From IMG/VR virus record IMGVR_UViG_3300021255_002251: 64,000 nt of DNA; one strand, 5' to 3'. This document shows positions 20,090 through 28,002 of the stretch, piece after piece (the first letter of the stretch is position 1; the number at the start of each line of letters is the position of its first letter). The notes under the pieces are model-generated. The model saw only the letters and a program-made list of their open reading frames with translations. It was not told the origin of the DNA and searched no databases. Both the position numbers and the translations under genes were made by a program. Source of the DNA: a virus (taxonomy: Duplodnaviria > Heunggongvirae > Uroviricota > Caudoviricetes).

Positions 20090-20875
20090 TCATCGGAAGA
20101 TTTGCTTGCCGGCGAAACCATTTCCCAGCATAGTGCTCTGTGGGTTCTCATATGCCCGTAGGGTCTTGTCGCTCTTCAATTCGTTCCACAGCGCTTCATA
20201 CGACTTGCGCGAATCGTAGTGTCGAAGAAGAGCATTTGTAAACTGCCCTCCTGTTGAAGCTCCATACGAATAGGTATCGTCAGGGCATCCGCTCCAGCAC
20301 AGCATCGAGAACTTCTGCTGCTCATTCAACCTATGATCCCACGATAGAGGTGGCCGAACCTTAAACCCAGGAGCGCGATACATCGTCTGCGAATGGCAAC
20401 AATCAAAGTATAGGAACACCCTCCCCTTGCTCTTGCTTATGATGCTCCATATCTCATTGTCTCGCATGTAAGTATCGTAGAGACATAGGAACTCATCCTT
20501 CCCGTCCACCTCTTCATTTCCAGTATTGTAAAACGGCTCGCTCCCTCCGTGTCCGGAATAGCAGAATATCACAAGCCCATCCGTTGCGCTTGCAATGGCC
20601 TTGTTCAATGCAGCCGTCACATTCGCTTTCGTGGCATTGGAATCTCTAAAGAGAACAATGTTCGGAGTATATGCCGATAGAAGCTTAAACATCCTATTCG
20701 CATCGTACCCCGCCCCCGGACAATCGCCAGCGAACCTCGAATTCTCCATACCAACAACCACCACATATGTGTTGGTTGATTTCGCTTCTGGCTGTATAGT
20801 TCCATCGGACTTGCATCCGCCGAATCCTAGACACATTCCAAACGCAACTAGAAATGCCATTACATGCTTCTTCAT
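20090..20875 (-). CDS. lipoprotein with caspase-like (peptidase C14) domain
   Basis: Lipobox MKKHVMAFLVAFGMCLGFGGC. Catalytic dyad context YSGHGG (His) and FDCCHSQ (Cys), as in caspase / metacaspase / CHAT folds. Confidence 0.55.
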   Translation of the reverse strand: MKKHVMAFLVAFGMCLGFGGCKSDGTIQPEAKSTNTYVVVVGMENSRFAGDCPGAGYDANRMFKLLSAYTPNIVLFRDSNATKANVTAALNKAIASATDGLVIFCYSGHGGSEPFYNTGNEEVDGKDEFLCLYDTYMRDNEIWSIISKSKGRVFLYFDCCHSQTMYRAPGFKVRPPLSWDHRLNEQQKFSMLCWSGCPDDTYSYGASTGGQFTNALLRHYDSRKSYEALWNELKSDKTLRAYENPQSTMLGNGFAGKQIFR

Positions 20876-20897
20876 CTTTCTGCTCTCCTTGCCTTCG

Positions 20898-21338
20898 TTA
20901 TTCCTTTGGCTCTGCTATCTGGTTTCCCTTCAAGTAAATGTAGATGTCTAAGTCCGTCCCGCCTCTCTCGTTATCCCTCGTGTCGACCTCTACACCATAC
21001 CCATTAGAGGAATTGTTTTTGGCTCCAATCTTTTCCAAGAAGTCCTCAAAGTAAGTCTGAAGGTCTTCCGCCGAAACATCTTCCTGCATTCCTGGTATCG
21101 CCATGTCGTAGCGAATGTATGTCTCATCCCCCATCTTCCCCTCATCTGGACTTCTATAGAACTTCTCTTCGAGAAGGTCTTCCTTTATGTCCAGCGGAGG
21201 AGCATAATCATCCAAGTAAGATACGAATGCCCTCTGTATGCTATCGGGATTCCATAGTTCGACTACTTCAGCAAGTTCGTCGAATGCCACAACCCCCGAT
21301 TGAGCATACAGATATGAGTAGAAATTCGTCTCTCCCAT
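20898..21338 (-). CDS. hypothetical acidic protein
   Basis: 146-aa ORF, Asp/Glu-rich. Confidence 0.4.
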   Translation of the reverse strand: MGETNFYSYLYAQSGVVAFDELAEVVELWNPDSIQRAFVSYLDDYAPPLDIKEDLLEEKFYRSPDEGKMGDETYIRYDMAIPGMQEDVSAEDLQTYFEDFLEKIGAKNNSSNGYGVEVDTRDNERGGTDLDIYIYLKGNQIAEPKE

Positions 21339-21417
21339 TATGTTTCTCTCCTGCTATACTTCATCGGCATTTTTCAAACAATGCCAATTTGTTAATAGCA
21401 GGTAAAATAAGGGGAGA

Positions 21418-22317
21418 CTAGAAAAGGAAGCCTTGGCTATATGTCTGTGCTTTCTCTTTTTCGGAGATATAATTCAGATAGAGGCTTTCAAACACCTCCT
21501 CCGTCCTGCCCTTTCCTAAGTATCTCTCGAAAGACGAATTCCCCGCATTGAGATATTCGTGGCGCTTATAAAGGCTTGTAGGAAGGTCGTATGTGCAATC
21601 CGTTTCACCCCGCTTGCCATCAAATGATAGAATCCATTTGCACTTGCGAGATGTTAGCCAATCGACAAAAGCATCAATATCTATACCTCCATAGTACATC
21701 TGCCTTTTGTGTACAGAAGCATACGGAGGGTCTAGGTAGAGGAAATCTTGGCATCTTGGTTCTAATGTTTCATATGATGCGCTCCGAAACTCTACAGACT
21801 TCGCCTTGAGAACTAAACTCCAGTCTCGACATATCTCTTTCAGTCGGACAGGGTGTATTCCGGGGCGTGAGAAATGACATGAATTATTGAACTCCCCCTT
21901 GTCGTTGTACCTCGGCATCCCATTTGTTGTAGTCCGCATTATGAAAAGGAAATCAATCGGGCTATGCTCTCTATTGTACCTGTCACGAATCGTATAGAAC
22001 ACTTCCTTTCTTCGCTCATAGTCCTCCTCACATAGCCCATGACGGTTGAATGCTTCCCACAATTCTCCATATCCATTGCATAGTTCGTCTGGATAGTCCC
22101 TTATCATGTTCCACAACCCGATAAGGTCTCTATTAACGTCAGATGCGACATATCTAGCGACCTTAACGGTAGGTGTATTAAGAAGACGATATAGTACGGA
22201 GCAGCCGCCACAGAACGGCTCATAATAGGTGGCAATCTCCCGTGGCATTCTGGCTACAATCTCCGCCGCTTGGCTTCGCTTGCTCCCGCTCCATTTGACT
22301 ATTGGCTCTAGTTGCAT
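21418..22317 (-). CDS. dam: DNA adenine methyltransferase, Dam / D12 class
   Basis: N-terminal KWSGSKRS (equivalent of Dam KWAGGK) and catalytic LYLDPPY. Its ATG shares the A at 22317 with the upstream gene's TAA stop. Confidence 0.85.
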   Translation of the reverse strand: MQLEPIVKWSGSKRSQAAEIVARMPREIATYYEPFCGGCSVLYRLLNTPTVKVARYVASDVNRDLIGLWNMIRDYPDELCNGYGELWEAFNRHGLCEEDYERRKEVFYTIRDRYNREHSPIDFLFIMRTTTNGMPRYNDKGEFNNSCHFSRPGIHPVRLKEICRDWSLVLKAKSVEFRSASYETLEPRCQDFLYLDPPYASVHKRQMYYGGIDIDAFVDWLTSRKCKWILSFDGKRGETDCTYDLPTSLYKRHEYLNAGNSSFERYLGKGRTEEVFESLYLNYISEKEKAQTYSQGFLF

Positions 22318-23138
22318 TAGAAAGCAAACTCCCCTTGGACAAGCCCCCTAATATCTATTGGCTTGTCATCCTTCGGCACGAATTCTCCCTTTAGTTCCGA
22401 ACTCTTCTCCGCCATCCCTTCCGCCATCAACCTTATCGGCATCCCATGCGCAAAGTAGCACGGAGTATACCACGGCCCCTCATACACTTCTCTCGAGAGA
22501 GAATCTTGGTGTGTGACTACAGCAGCATATCCTAGAAGAGAAAACTGGACATATGAAATGTAGCTCGCCGTAGGGTCTAAGTCTTCCCCATACAGAATCA
22601 AGTCGCATTGCCGACCGCCACTATCTATGAAAGCCTCCGCCGCTTCGATGAGCAATGCGCCGGCTCCGCAAGAGCAGTCGTTCATCCTTATTATCTTTCC
22701 AACCTTCGGGGCTTCACTAGCCATGGACATTCTCGCCATCATCCTAGCAATGCAATCGGGGGTTAGATACTGTCCAAAATGTTTGTTCGTTGCACTCAAT
22801 GCTTCATACACATGTCCTAGGAAATCGCTTCTCCTCAATTCTAGGGCCTGTACCACATAGGATAGCAGCACGGCAATCTTTCCCATTCCCTCATTGCCGT
22901 ATTTAGACACGAACGACATATACTGCTTTTCGATTTCTCCCTTTTCTTTTTCGTCCAGTGTCACAGCCCCGCTAATGGAAAGAGAGAATATCCTGCAGGC
23001 GTCGCAGAAAATAGTCCGCTGGTCTATGGACTGCGAGACGGAAGACAGAAGTTTTAGGAATGCCTTAAAGTATCCGTCCCAAGTTGTAGGCTCATCTACC
23101 TTGCGGACCGTCACCCCATTCTGCTGACTCTTTCTCAA
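22317..23138 (-). CDS. HsdM / N6_Mtase-family homolog lacking the catalytic NPPF/Y motif
   Basis: GQYLTPDCIARMMARM (motif X, GQ[FY]xTP) and DCSCGAGALL (motif I) are present. No NPPF/NPPY/DPPY follows. The ORF ends at a stop/start overlap with dam. Confidence 0.5.
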   Translation of the reverse strand: MRKSQQNGVTVRKVDEPTTWDGYFKAFLKLLSSVSQSIDQRTIFCDACRIFSLSISGAVTLDEKEKGEIEKQYMSFVSKYGNEGMGKIAVLLSYVVQALELRRSDFLGHVYEALSATNKHFGQYLTPDCIARMMARMSMASEAPKVGKIIRMNDCSCGAGALLIEAAEAFIDSGGRQCDLILYGEDLDPTASYISYVQFSLLGYAAVVTHQDSLSREVYEGPWYTPCYFAHGMPIRLMAEGMAEKSSELKGEFVPKDDKPIDIRGLVQGEFAF

Positions 23139-23542
23139 AACAATGTCTCCTCTTTGGGATTGACGTCGATCTCCTCTATCGTCTGCCCTATCTTGTCACC
23201 AAGCCATCTAGAAACAATATGACGATGACAGAATTTGTCAGGGGACTCATAACACATAAGCACCACTTTGTCTGTAGAACTCCTCTCTGCATACCTCCCC
23301 AATTTGAGCATGATTTCAGGTGCAGAAGCCATTGAAAGAATCTCCTTGTTGTACTTCTCTTCGTACACACCTGGATTGTTCTTCGCTCCAATGATTTCTC
23401 CTGTTGGCGCGAGGTCGGAAAGATACCATACAAGAAGGTCTTTGGAAAGAAACCATGGCCTAGTTCTCGCAATGCTTACAAGAGCATATCCCTTATCAGA
23501 ATATGCTTTCGCTTTTGCGAAATATCCAGTCCCGATTTTCAT
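23135..23542 (-). CDS. DUF488 (YeaO-like) family protein
   Basis: Collinear similarity to E. coli YeaO: ..KGYALVSIARTRPWF..LVWYLSDLAPTGEI...VVLMCYESPDKFCHRHIVSRWL.. Confidence 0.55.
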   Translation of the reverse strand: MKIGTGYFAKAKAYSDKGYALVSIARTRPWFLSKDLLVWYLSDLAPTGEIIGAKNNPGVYEEKYNKEILSMASAPEIMLKLGRYAERSSTDKVVLMCYESPDKFCHRHIVSRWLGDKIGQTIEEIDVNPKEETLF

Positions 23543-24330
23543 TCCTCACCCCCTTTAAGAAAAACTAGCCGTGCCTGCAGCCAAACTGGGACCTCCCTTC
23601 CCATAGCCACTATCTTCTCCGTATACCCAACATAATCAAAAGGCAACTGTCTCCACGTCACCCTTGGTATGGAATCGTCTATGATTGCATAAGTGCTATA
23701 CCTGCACAGTCTCGGATAACCAACGCTACCTACATTGAATATTGCCTCGCTCCATCCGTTTAGAGGTTGTGCAAGTCTTTTCCTAATACTTTTAGGTAAT
23801 GTCCCGTGGATAAGATTGCGGTCATCAGACGTGTTCCTTGCATACAACTCCGCTCCGTGAGTATGCCCTATGAAGAGAGCATCTATCCCGTTCTTGCGAA
23901 TCAAGTCCAGCTCCACTATTGCAGAGTAAATGGAGCCAATGTACCCGAACTGCTCCGGTATGGCATAGGTTCCGTGGCTAAATGCAACCTTTGTATCTCC
24001 AAACTGCTTCTCAATCTTGTACGGAAGGTTAGCTAGCCATTTCTTGTTCTCTTCCGTTACAAGTGGGCGATTAGATACAATGCCCTGTGCGGCATAGTGG
24101 TTGAACCAGTCAAGCGACAACTCACCTACAAGAGCAGCATCGTGGTTTCCCTTGATGCACTCTATGTCGTTCCGCTTGCAGATTTCGATGCACTCGTTCG
24201 GGTCGTATCCGTACCCAACGATGTCACCGCAGCAGATGATGTTCTTGCACCCTAGCCGCCTAGCGGAGTTGATTGCTCTCCGAAAGGCGGCAGGGTTTGC
24301 ATGAATGTCGCTAAAAACGGCTGTCTTCAC
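23539..24330 (-). CDS. calcineurin-like metallophosphoesterase (Ser/Thr phosphatase-like)
   Basis: Motifs FSDIHAN, GDIVGYG, GNHD, GHTH. Confidence 0.8.
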   Translation of the reverse strand: MKTAVFSDIHANPAAFRRAINSARRLGCKNIICCGDIVGYGYDPNECIEICKRNDIECIKGNHDAALVGELSLDWFNHYAAQGIVSNRPLVTEENKKWLANLPYKIEKQFGDTKVAFSHGTYAIPEQFGYIGSIYSAIVELDLIRKNGIDALFIGHTHGAELYARNTSDDRNLIHGTLPKSIRKRLAQPLNGWSEAIFNVGSVGYPRLCRYSTYAIIDDSIPRVTWRQLPFDYVGYTEKIVAMGREVPVWLQARLVFLKGGEE

Positions 24331-24641
24331 TTTGCTGGTTCTCCGTCCTCTAGTTCCTCATGCTGCCGCCACATATATGCCTCTTCAAGGAGCGACTTCA
24401 CCTCATCGTCAACGATAGACTCATCAACACCACGACACTTTGCCTCGAACTTGATGTAGTGTTCCGCTTTCTTTAAATCCTTCTCTTCGGATTCTCCGTC
24501 CTTGCATCCTGCTCGCCAAAGGTACTTCAAAGCAGAACCTTTGTTAAAGTTAAGCCCCTTCTCATATATGAAGTCCTCGAGGTACTTCCCGCAAGGAAGC
24601 AAATAATACGTTGTATTGTTTATTTGGGCTGCCGATGCCAT
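24327..24641 (-). CDS. DUF3310-like phage protein
   Basis: KYLWRAGCKDGE...DLKKAEHYI resembles the DUF3310 consensus. Confidence 0.45.
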   Translation of the reverse strand: MASAAQINNTTYYLLPCGKYLEDFIYEKGLNFNKGSALKYLWRAGCKDGESEEKDLKKAEHYIKFEAKCRGVDESIVDDEVKSLLEEAYMWRQHEELEDGEPAK

Positions 24642-24825
24642 TTTACTTTTCTCCTTGTTTGATTGCAGAAATCACATCCCTTATGCACCTATGCACAACA
24701 TCCTTTGCCCACTGACAGTTGAAGATATAGCACAACAGTACAAAAGACACAACCGCTGTCAAGCATCCAAAGCAACTGCATCCGCAGTTTATGGTAGAAG
24801 GCTTTCTCATCTCTTCTTCCATCTG

Positions 24826-26136
24826 TCAAGCTCCAACTCTTTCTGTTACCAAGTTCCCGTTATGGCAGAGCAACTTGCACTTGCTCATGGCTTTCACAAT
24901 TGTCTTCCCCTCATCGCTACGGCTAAGACACACTCTGTTATCTGACCCTTTTACTGACGATACTATATATATAACTCCGTTGAACTTGACAGTATCCCAA
25001 AGAGAGAATCCACGAATCCTTCCGCTCATCTTTTGAGGTCTCCTATATCCGCACTTTAGTTCTTTAGCGGTCATCTTACTTTTGTCCTTGATTGACTTTG
25101 GAGACAAAATCGTGTTGTCATGCAGATTCCTCCTATGCCTTCTTCTCTGATACAGACGATAGACATTATATGAATTGAGAAGTGCATTAAAATTCCCTGC
25201 TATGCAGAAAGAATCGTTTCTGTGGCTTTTCTCGACATTGTGTTCCCTCCGTGCCATCGCAGTCTCATACCCATAGGTGAACTCTACTGGAGTCTTCCAA
25301 GAATTATGCACAAGTTTATCAATCAGATATTTTCGCATGGAATTCATATGTGCCTCATTTTTGTGTATAGGCGGTCTCTTAAACTTCAACACCTTCTTCT
25401 TCTGGTGATGGGATTCGTGGCATTCGTGGCACAAAGTCACCACATTGTCTGGAGAATTGCTACCGCCATCCGCCCTACGGCGGATATGATGCACCTCTAA
25501 CCTTACGGACTTGTCCTTATATGGACTTGCACCGCACACTCGGCATTTGTTCCCGTCCCGCCACTTGGCATAGGATTTCAAATTCTCCCATCCTTCCAAT
25601 GCGCCTTGCTGATACTCTTCTCCTTTGATTGATGGATTCTGTATCTTTTGAGTATCAAACTTTCCAATCTCCACACGTAATCTGCTTACTGGCAGAATCT
25701 TTCTTACGAACTCTATTGCTCGTATGTGAGAATCAGCCTTATGCTTCACAGACGGCGGGAGAGAAGCATTTCTTTCTTCGTTCGCCCTGTTCGCCCACCT
25801 CGCAGGCCTATACCAGTTGTGCTTTCTTCCTCGTCTCCCCCTCCGCATTTCCCTACGGGCAGTCAATAGATTAGACACATCATCCCGTATCTCAACTTGC
25901 GCAGAGTATAGTTCCTTCTTTTCTGTTGATGCAGTCATCCCGATGTGCTTGCTTCCAACATCGACGCCAAGAGTAACTTCTTGACGATGATGGAAACTAT
26001 CGCAAAGAAGTCGAATGGTAAAAGGCTCTCGCCGTACTACCTTCGCCCTCTTATGCTTTAGAGAATATGCAACCCACCCGAACCGTTTGGTCGGCATTAG
26101 AGGTTTGCCCTCTTTATCCTGTACGTATACTAGCAT
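24826..26136 (-). CDS. iscB: IscB-like RNA-guided nuclease (PLMP-RuvC-HNH; OMEGA / Cas9-ancestor family), 436 aa
   Basis: N-terminal VYVQDKEGKPLMPTKRFGWVAYSLK (PLMP domain). RuvC-I TLGVDVGSKHIGMTAS. Arginine-rich bridge helix ARREMRRGRRGRKHNWYR. RuvC-II-like RLRVEIGKFD. HNH CRVCGAS...LEVHHIRRRADGGSNSPDNVVTLCHECHESHH. RuvC-III KSHRNDSFCIAGN. A C-terminal beta-rich domain follows. Confidence 0.8.
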   Translation of the reverse strand: MLVYVQDKEGKPLMPTKRFGWVAYSLKHKRAKVVRREPFTIRLLCDSFHHRQEVTLGVDVGSKHIGMTASTEKKELYSAQVEIRDDVSNLLTARREMRRGRRGRKHNWYRPARWANRANEERNASLPPSVKHKADSHIRAIEFVRKILPVSRLRVEIGKFDTQKIQNPSIKGEEYQQGALEGWENLKSYAKWRDGNKCRVCGASPYKDKSVRLEVHHIRRRADGGSNSPDNVVTLCHECHESHHQKKKVLKFKRPPIHKNEAHMNSMRKYLIDKLVHNSWKTPVEFTYGYETAMARREHNVEKSHRNDSFCIAGNFNALLNSYNVYRLYQRRRHRRNLHDNTILSPKSIKDKSKMTAKELKCGYRRPQKMSGRIRGFSLWDTVKFNGVIYIVSSVKGSDNRVCLSRSDEGKTIVKAMSKCKLLCHNGNLVTERVGA

Positions 26137-26460
26137 TCTTTTTTCTGTGTCTTACTTTTTTTGTTAACCGATTTCTCGGTAAGTCACCAGTCAGATTACT
26201 CCTTCTGGTGTTTGGTGCCCATCGGAGGGTTGCAGAGAGTTTCCTTTGTTCGATGCACACACTGTTCCTCTACCACAGAACTGTTTAATGTACATCCGCA
26301 GTGCGGCAAACTTGGACAACTATTCGCCGGTGCCTATGCATTTCCCTGTAACTTCTACTAGGTTTTCTGTTTCTTTCGTTTCCTTTCTAGTCTCCTAGTT
26401 GAACTATCCTTGCGGATTCCCGAAAAAATTAGTTGAAATAAAGCCTCTTGCAGGTTCTAG
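26137..26460 (-). ncRNA. putative omegaRNA / tracrRNA-like scaffold between the CRISPR array and iscB
   Basis: 324-nt region with no credible ORF, located where IscB omegaRNAs sit (5' of the ORF). It contains an imperfect anti-repeat at about 26397-26430: the minus-strand RNA AAUUUUUUCGGGAAUCCGCAAGGAUAGUUCAAC is complementary to the first ~20 nt of the minus-sense repeat GUUGGAACUACCUCCCGAAA. Confidence 0.45.
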
Positions 26461-26760
26461 GTTGTAAATGGTGTGATTTCGGGAGGTAGTTCCAACTTGG
26501 ATTCGGGCGGACGATTCCTCCTTCCGGTTGTAAATGGTGTGATTTCGGGAGGTAGTTCCAACTTGGCCCTCCTGAACGGCGGGCGGCTCCGCGTTGTAAA
26601 TGGTGTGATTTCGGGAGGTAGTTCCAACATAGACCGCCTTATAATATTCCTGCTCGTTGTTGTAAATGGTGTGATTTCGGGAGGTAGTTCCAACCGTGTG
26701 CCCTAGCGGACGGTTGTATTGGTCGTTGTAAATGGTGTGATTTCGGGAGACATCTCCAAC
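26461..26760 (-). CRISPR. mini CRISPR array: 5 x 36-bp repeats (GTTGTAAATGGTGTGATTTCGGGAGGTAGTTCCAAC on the plus strand), 4 x 30-bp spacers; the repeat at 26725-26760 is degenerate
   Basis: Repeats at 26461-26496, 26527-26562, 26593-26628, 26659-26694 are identical; 26725-26760 differs in its last 11 nt (gggagacatctccaac). Spacers at 26497-26526, 26563-26592, 26629-26658, 26695-26724. The strand is assigned to match iscB and the anti-repeat. Confidence 0.85.
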
Positions 26761-26766
26761 GAACAA

Positions 26767-27270
26767 CTATCTCCCTGTACTTCCAAAACCTCCTTCCCCA
26801 CGCTCTGTTTGGGATACTGCTTCTATCTCCACGGGAACGCATAGTGTCACAGGAGCAAGAACCAACTGTGCTATGCGGTCTCCCTTGTGGATTGTCTTAT
26901 GAAACTCTTCATCATTAGACTTCGGCAAATACTCAAAAATTCTAGTTCTCCCATCAAGATGCGAGTTATACACCACTGTCTGCGGAGACCACATCAGAAT
27001 TATACCAATTTCCCCTGTATATCCGCTATCAACTGTCCCTGGGGCATTGAATACCGTGATTCCTTCCTTCAAGGCAAGTCCGCTCCGTGGTCTTACCTGA
27101 ATCTCATACCCAGTTGGAATTTCAGCAATCAAGCCAGTCTTTACAAGTGTCGGAGTGAAAGGATTAAGTTTCACATCCTCCACCGCACAAACATCCATTC
27201 CAGAATCCCCAATATGGGCATATAATGGGAGTTTAGCATCAGGGTGTACCTTCTTGAATCCTAGTTTCAT
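26767..27270 (-). CDS. dut: dUTP diphosphatase
   Basis: GDSGMDVCAV and GTVDSGYTGEIGIIL dUTPase motifs. SD AAGGAG 8 nt upstream. Confidence 0.85.
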   Translation of the reverse strand: MKLGFKKVHPDAKLPLYAHIGDSGMDVCAVEDVKLNPFTPTLVKTGLIAEIPTGYEIQVRPRSGLALKEGITVFNAPGTVDSGYTGEIGIILMWSPQTVVYNSHLDGRTRIFEYLPKSNDEEFHKTIHKGDRIAQLVLAPVTLCVPVEIEAVSQTERGEGGFGSTGR

Positions 27271-27276
27271 TTTATT

Positions 27277-27477
27277 TCACTCCTTCTCCAGATATTCTCT
27301 CAATTCATCTGCGGTATCCTTTGCAGAGCCGGTAGTCTTTCCAGTCTCCCAGAAATCCTCAAACTTCCCCTTGGCCCCGTTCTTCTGCCAAATACCATAG
27401 ACTACCTTTACGAGTTCACCCTTCGTGTCTCGCTCGATATTACCCCATTTCCATCCGCCTTCAACTTTATGTGGCAT
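27277..27477 (-). CDS. small hypothetical protein
   Basis: 66-aa ORF. Confidence 0.3.
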   Translation of the reverse strand: MPHKVEGGWKWGNIERDTKGELVKVVYGIWQKNGAKGKFEDFWETGKTTGSAKDTADELREYLEKE

Positions 27478-27501
27478 TGTTAGTTTCCTTTCTTTGTGTG
27501 T

Positions 27502-27999
27502 TTAACCTAAAATGTACTTCTCATACTTGCTTCTCTCATAAATGCCGTCTCCCTTTATCGGCAACCAGCACCACTCATCTAGGTCCATCTTAATGGCCAT
27601 GTTCACTCCATCATCGTACACCCATCTAGGATTCTCTAGATTGAATGCCAAGAAAGCCTCATGGCGATTCTCGAACCTTTCGAAGTTACGCATGACCTTT
27701 CCGCATGAATCTTTTTCTTTTATAAGTTTCTCCCCGTCATCCCAATTGATGTAGCTCACATAGTCGCTCGATATGCGAGCAACCATGACCTTGTCAGCAA
27801 AAACATCTATTTCTGCACGTATCCTGTCACTTAACGTGGCACATGTGTAGTCTTGATTGTCTGGTAGTAATTTCATCACAAATACATAAGGAGTATCTGA
27901 ATCCTCCTCTACAACTTTCCCAAGCTCTTGTAGGGTCTGCCTAACCCTAACTCGGCTATTTGGTTTTTTTGTAATCAGTATCACATTGAATGCTTTCAT
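27502..27999 (-). CDS. hypothetical protein
   Basis: 165-aa ORF. Confidence 0.4.
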   Translation of the reverse strand: MKAFNVILITKKPNSRVRVRQTLQELGKVVEEDSDTPYVFVMKLLPDNQDYTCATLSDRIRAEIDVFADKVMVARISSDYVSYINWDDGEKLIKEKDSCGKVMRNFERFENRHEAFLAFNLENPRWVYDDGVNMAIKMDLDEWCWLPIKGDGIYERSKYEKYILG

Positions 28000-28002
28000 T
28001 AC

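Noticed and set aside
26404-26842. Four listed ORFs (26404..26766, 26457..26693, 26473..26706, 26639..26842) whose proteins contain a repeated peptide such as VGTTSRNHTIYN or LELPPEITPFTT
   Set aside because: They are read straight through the CRISPR repeats. The peptide periodicity equals the 66-bp repeat+spacer unit, and they have no RBS or start context.
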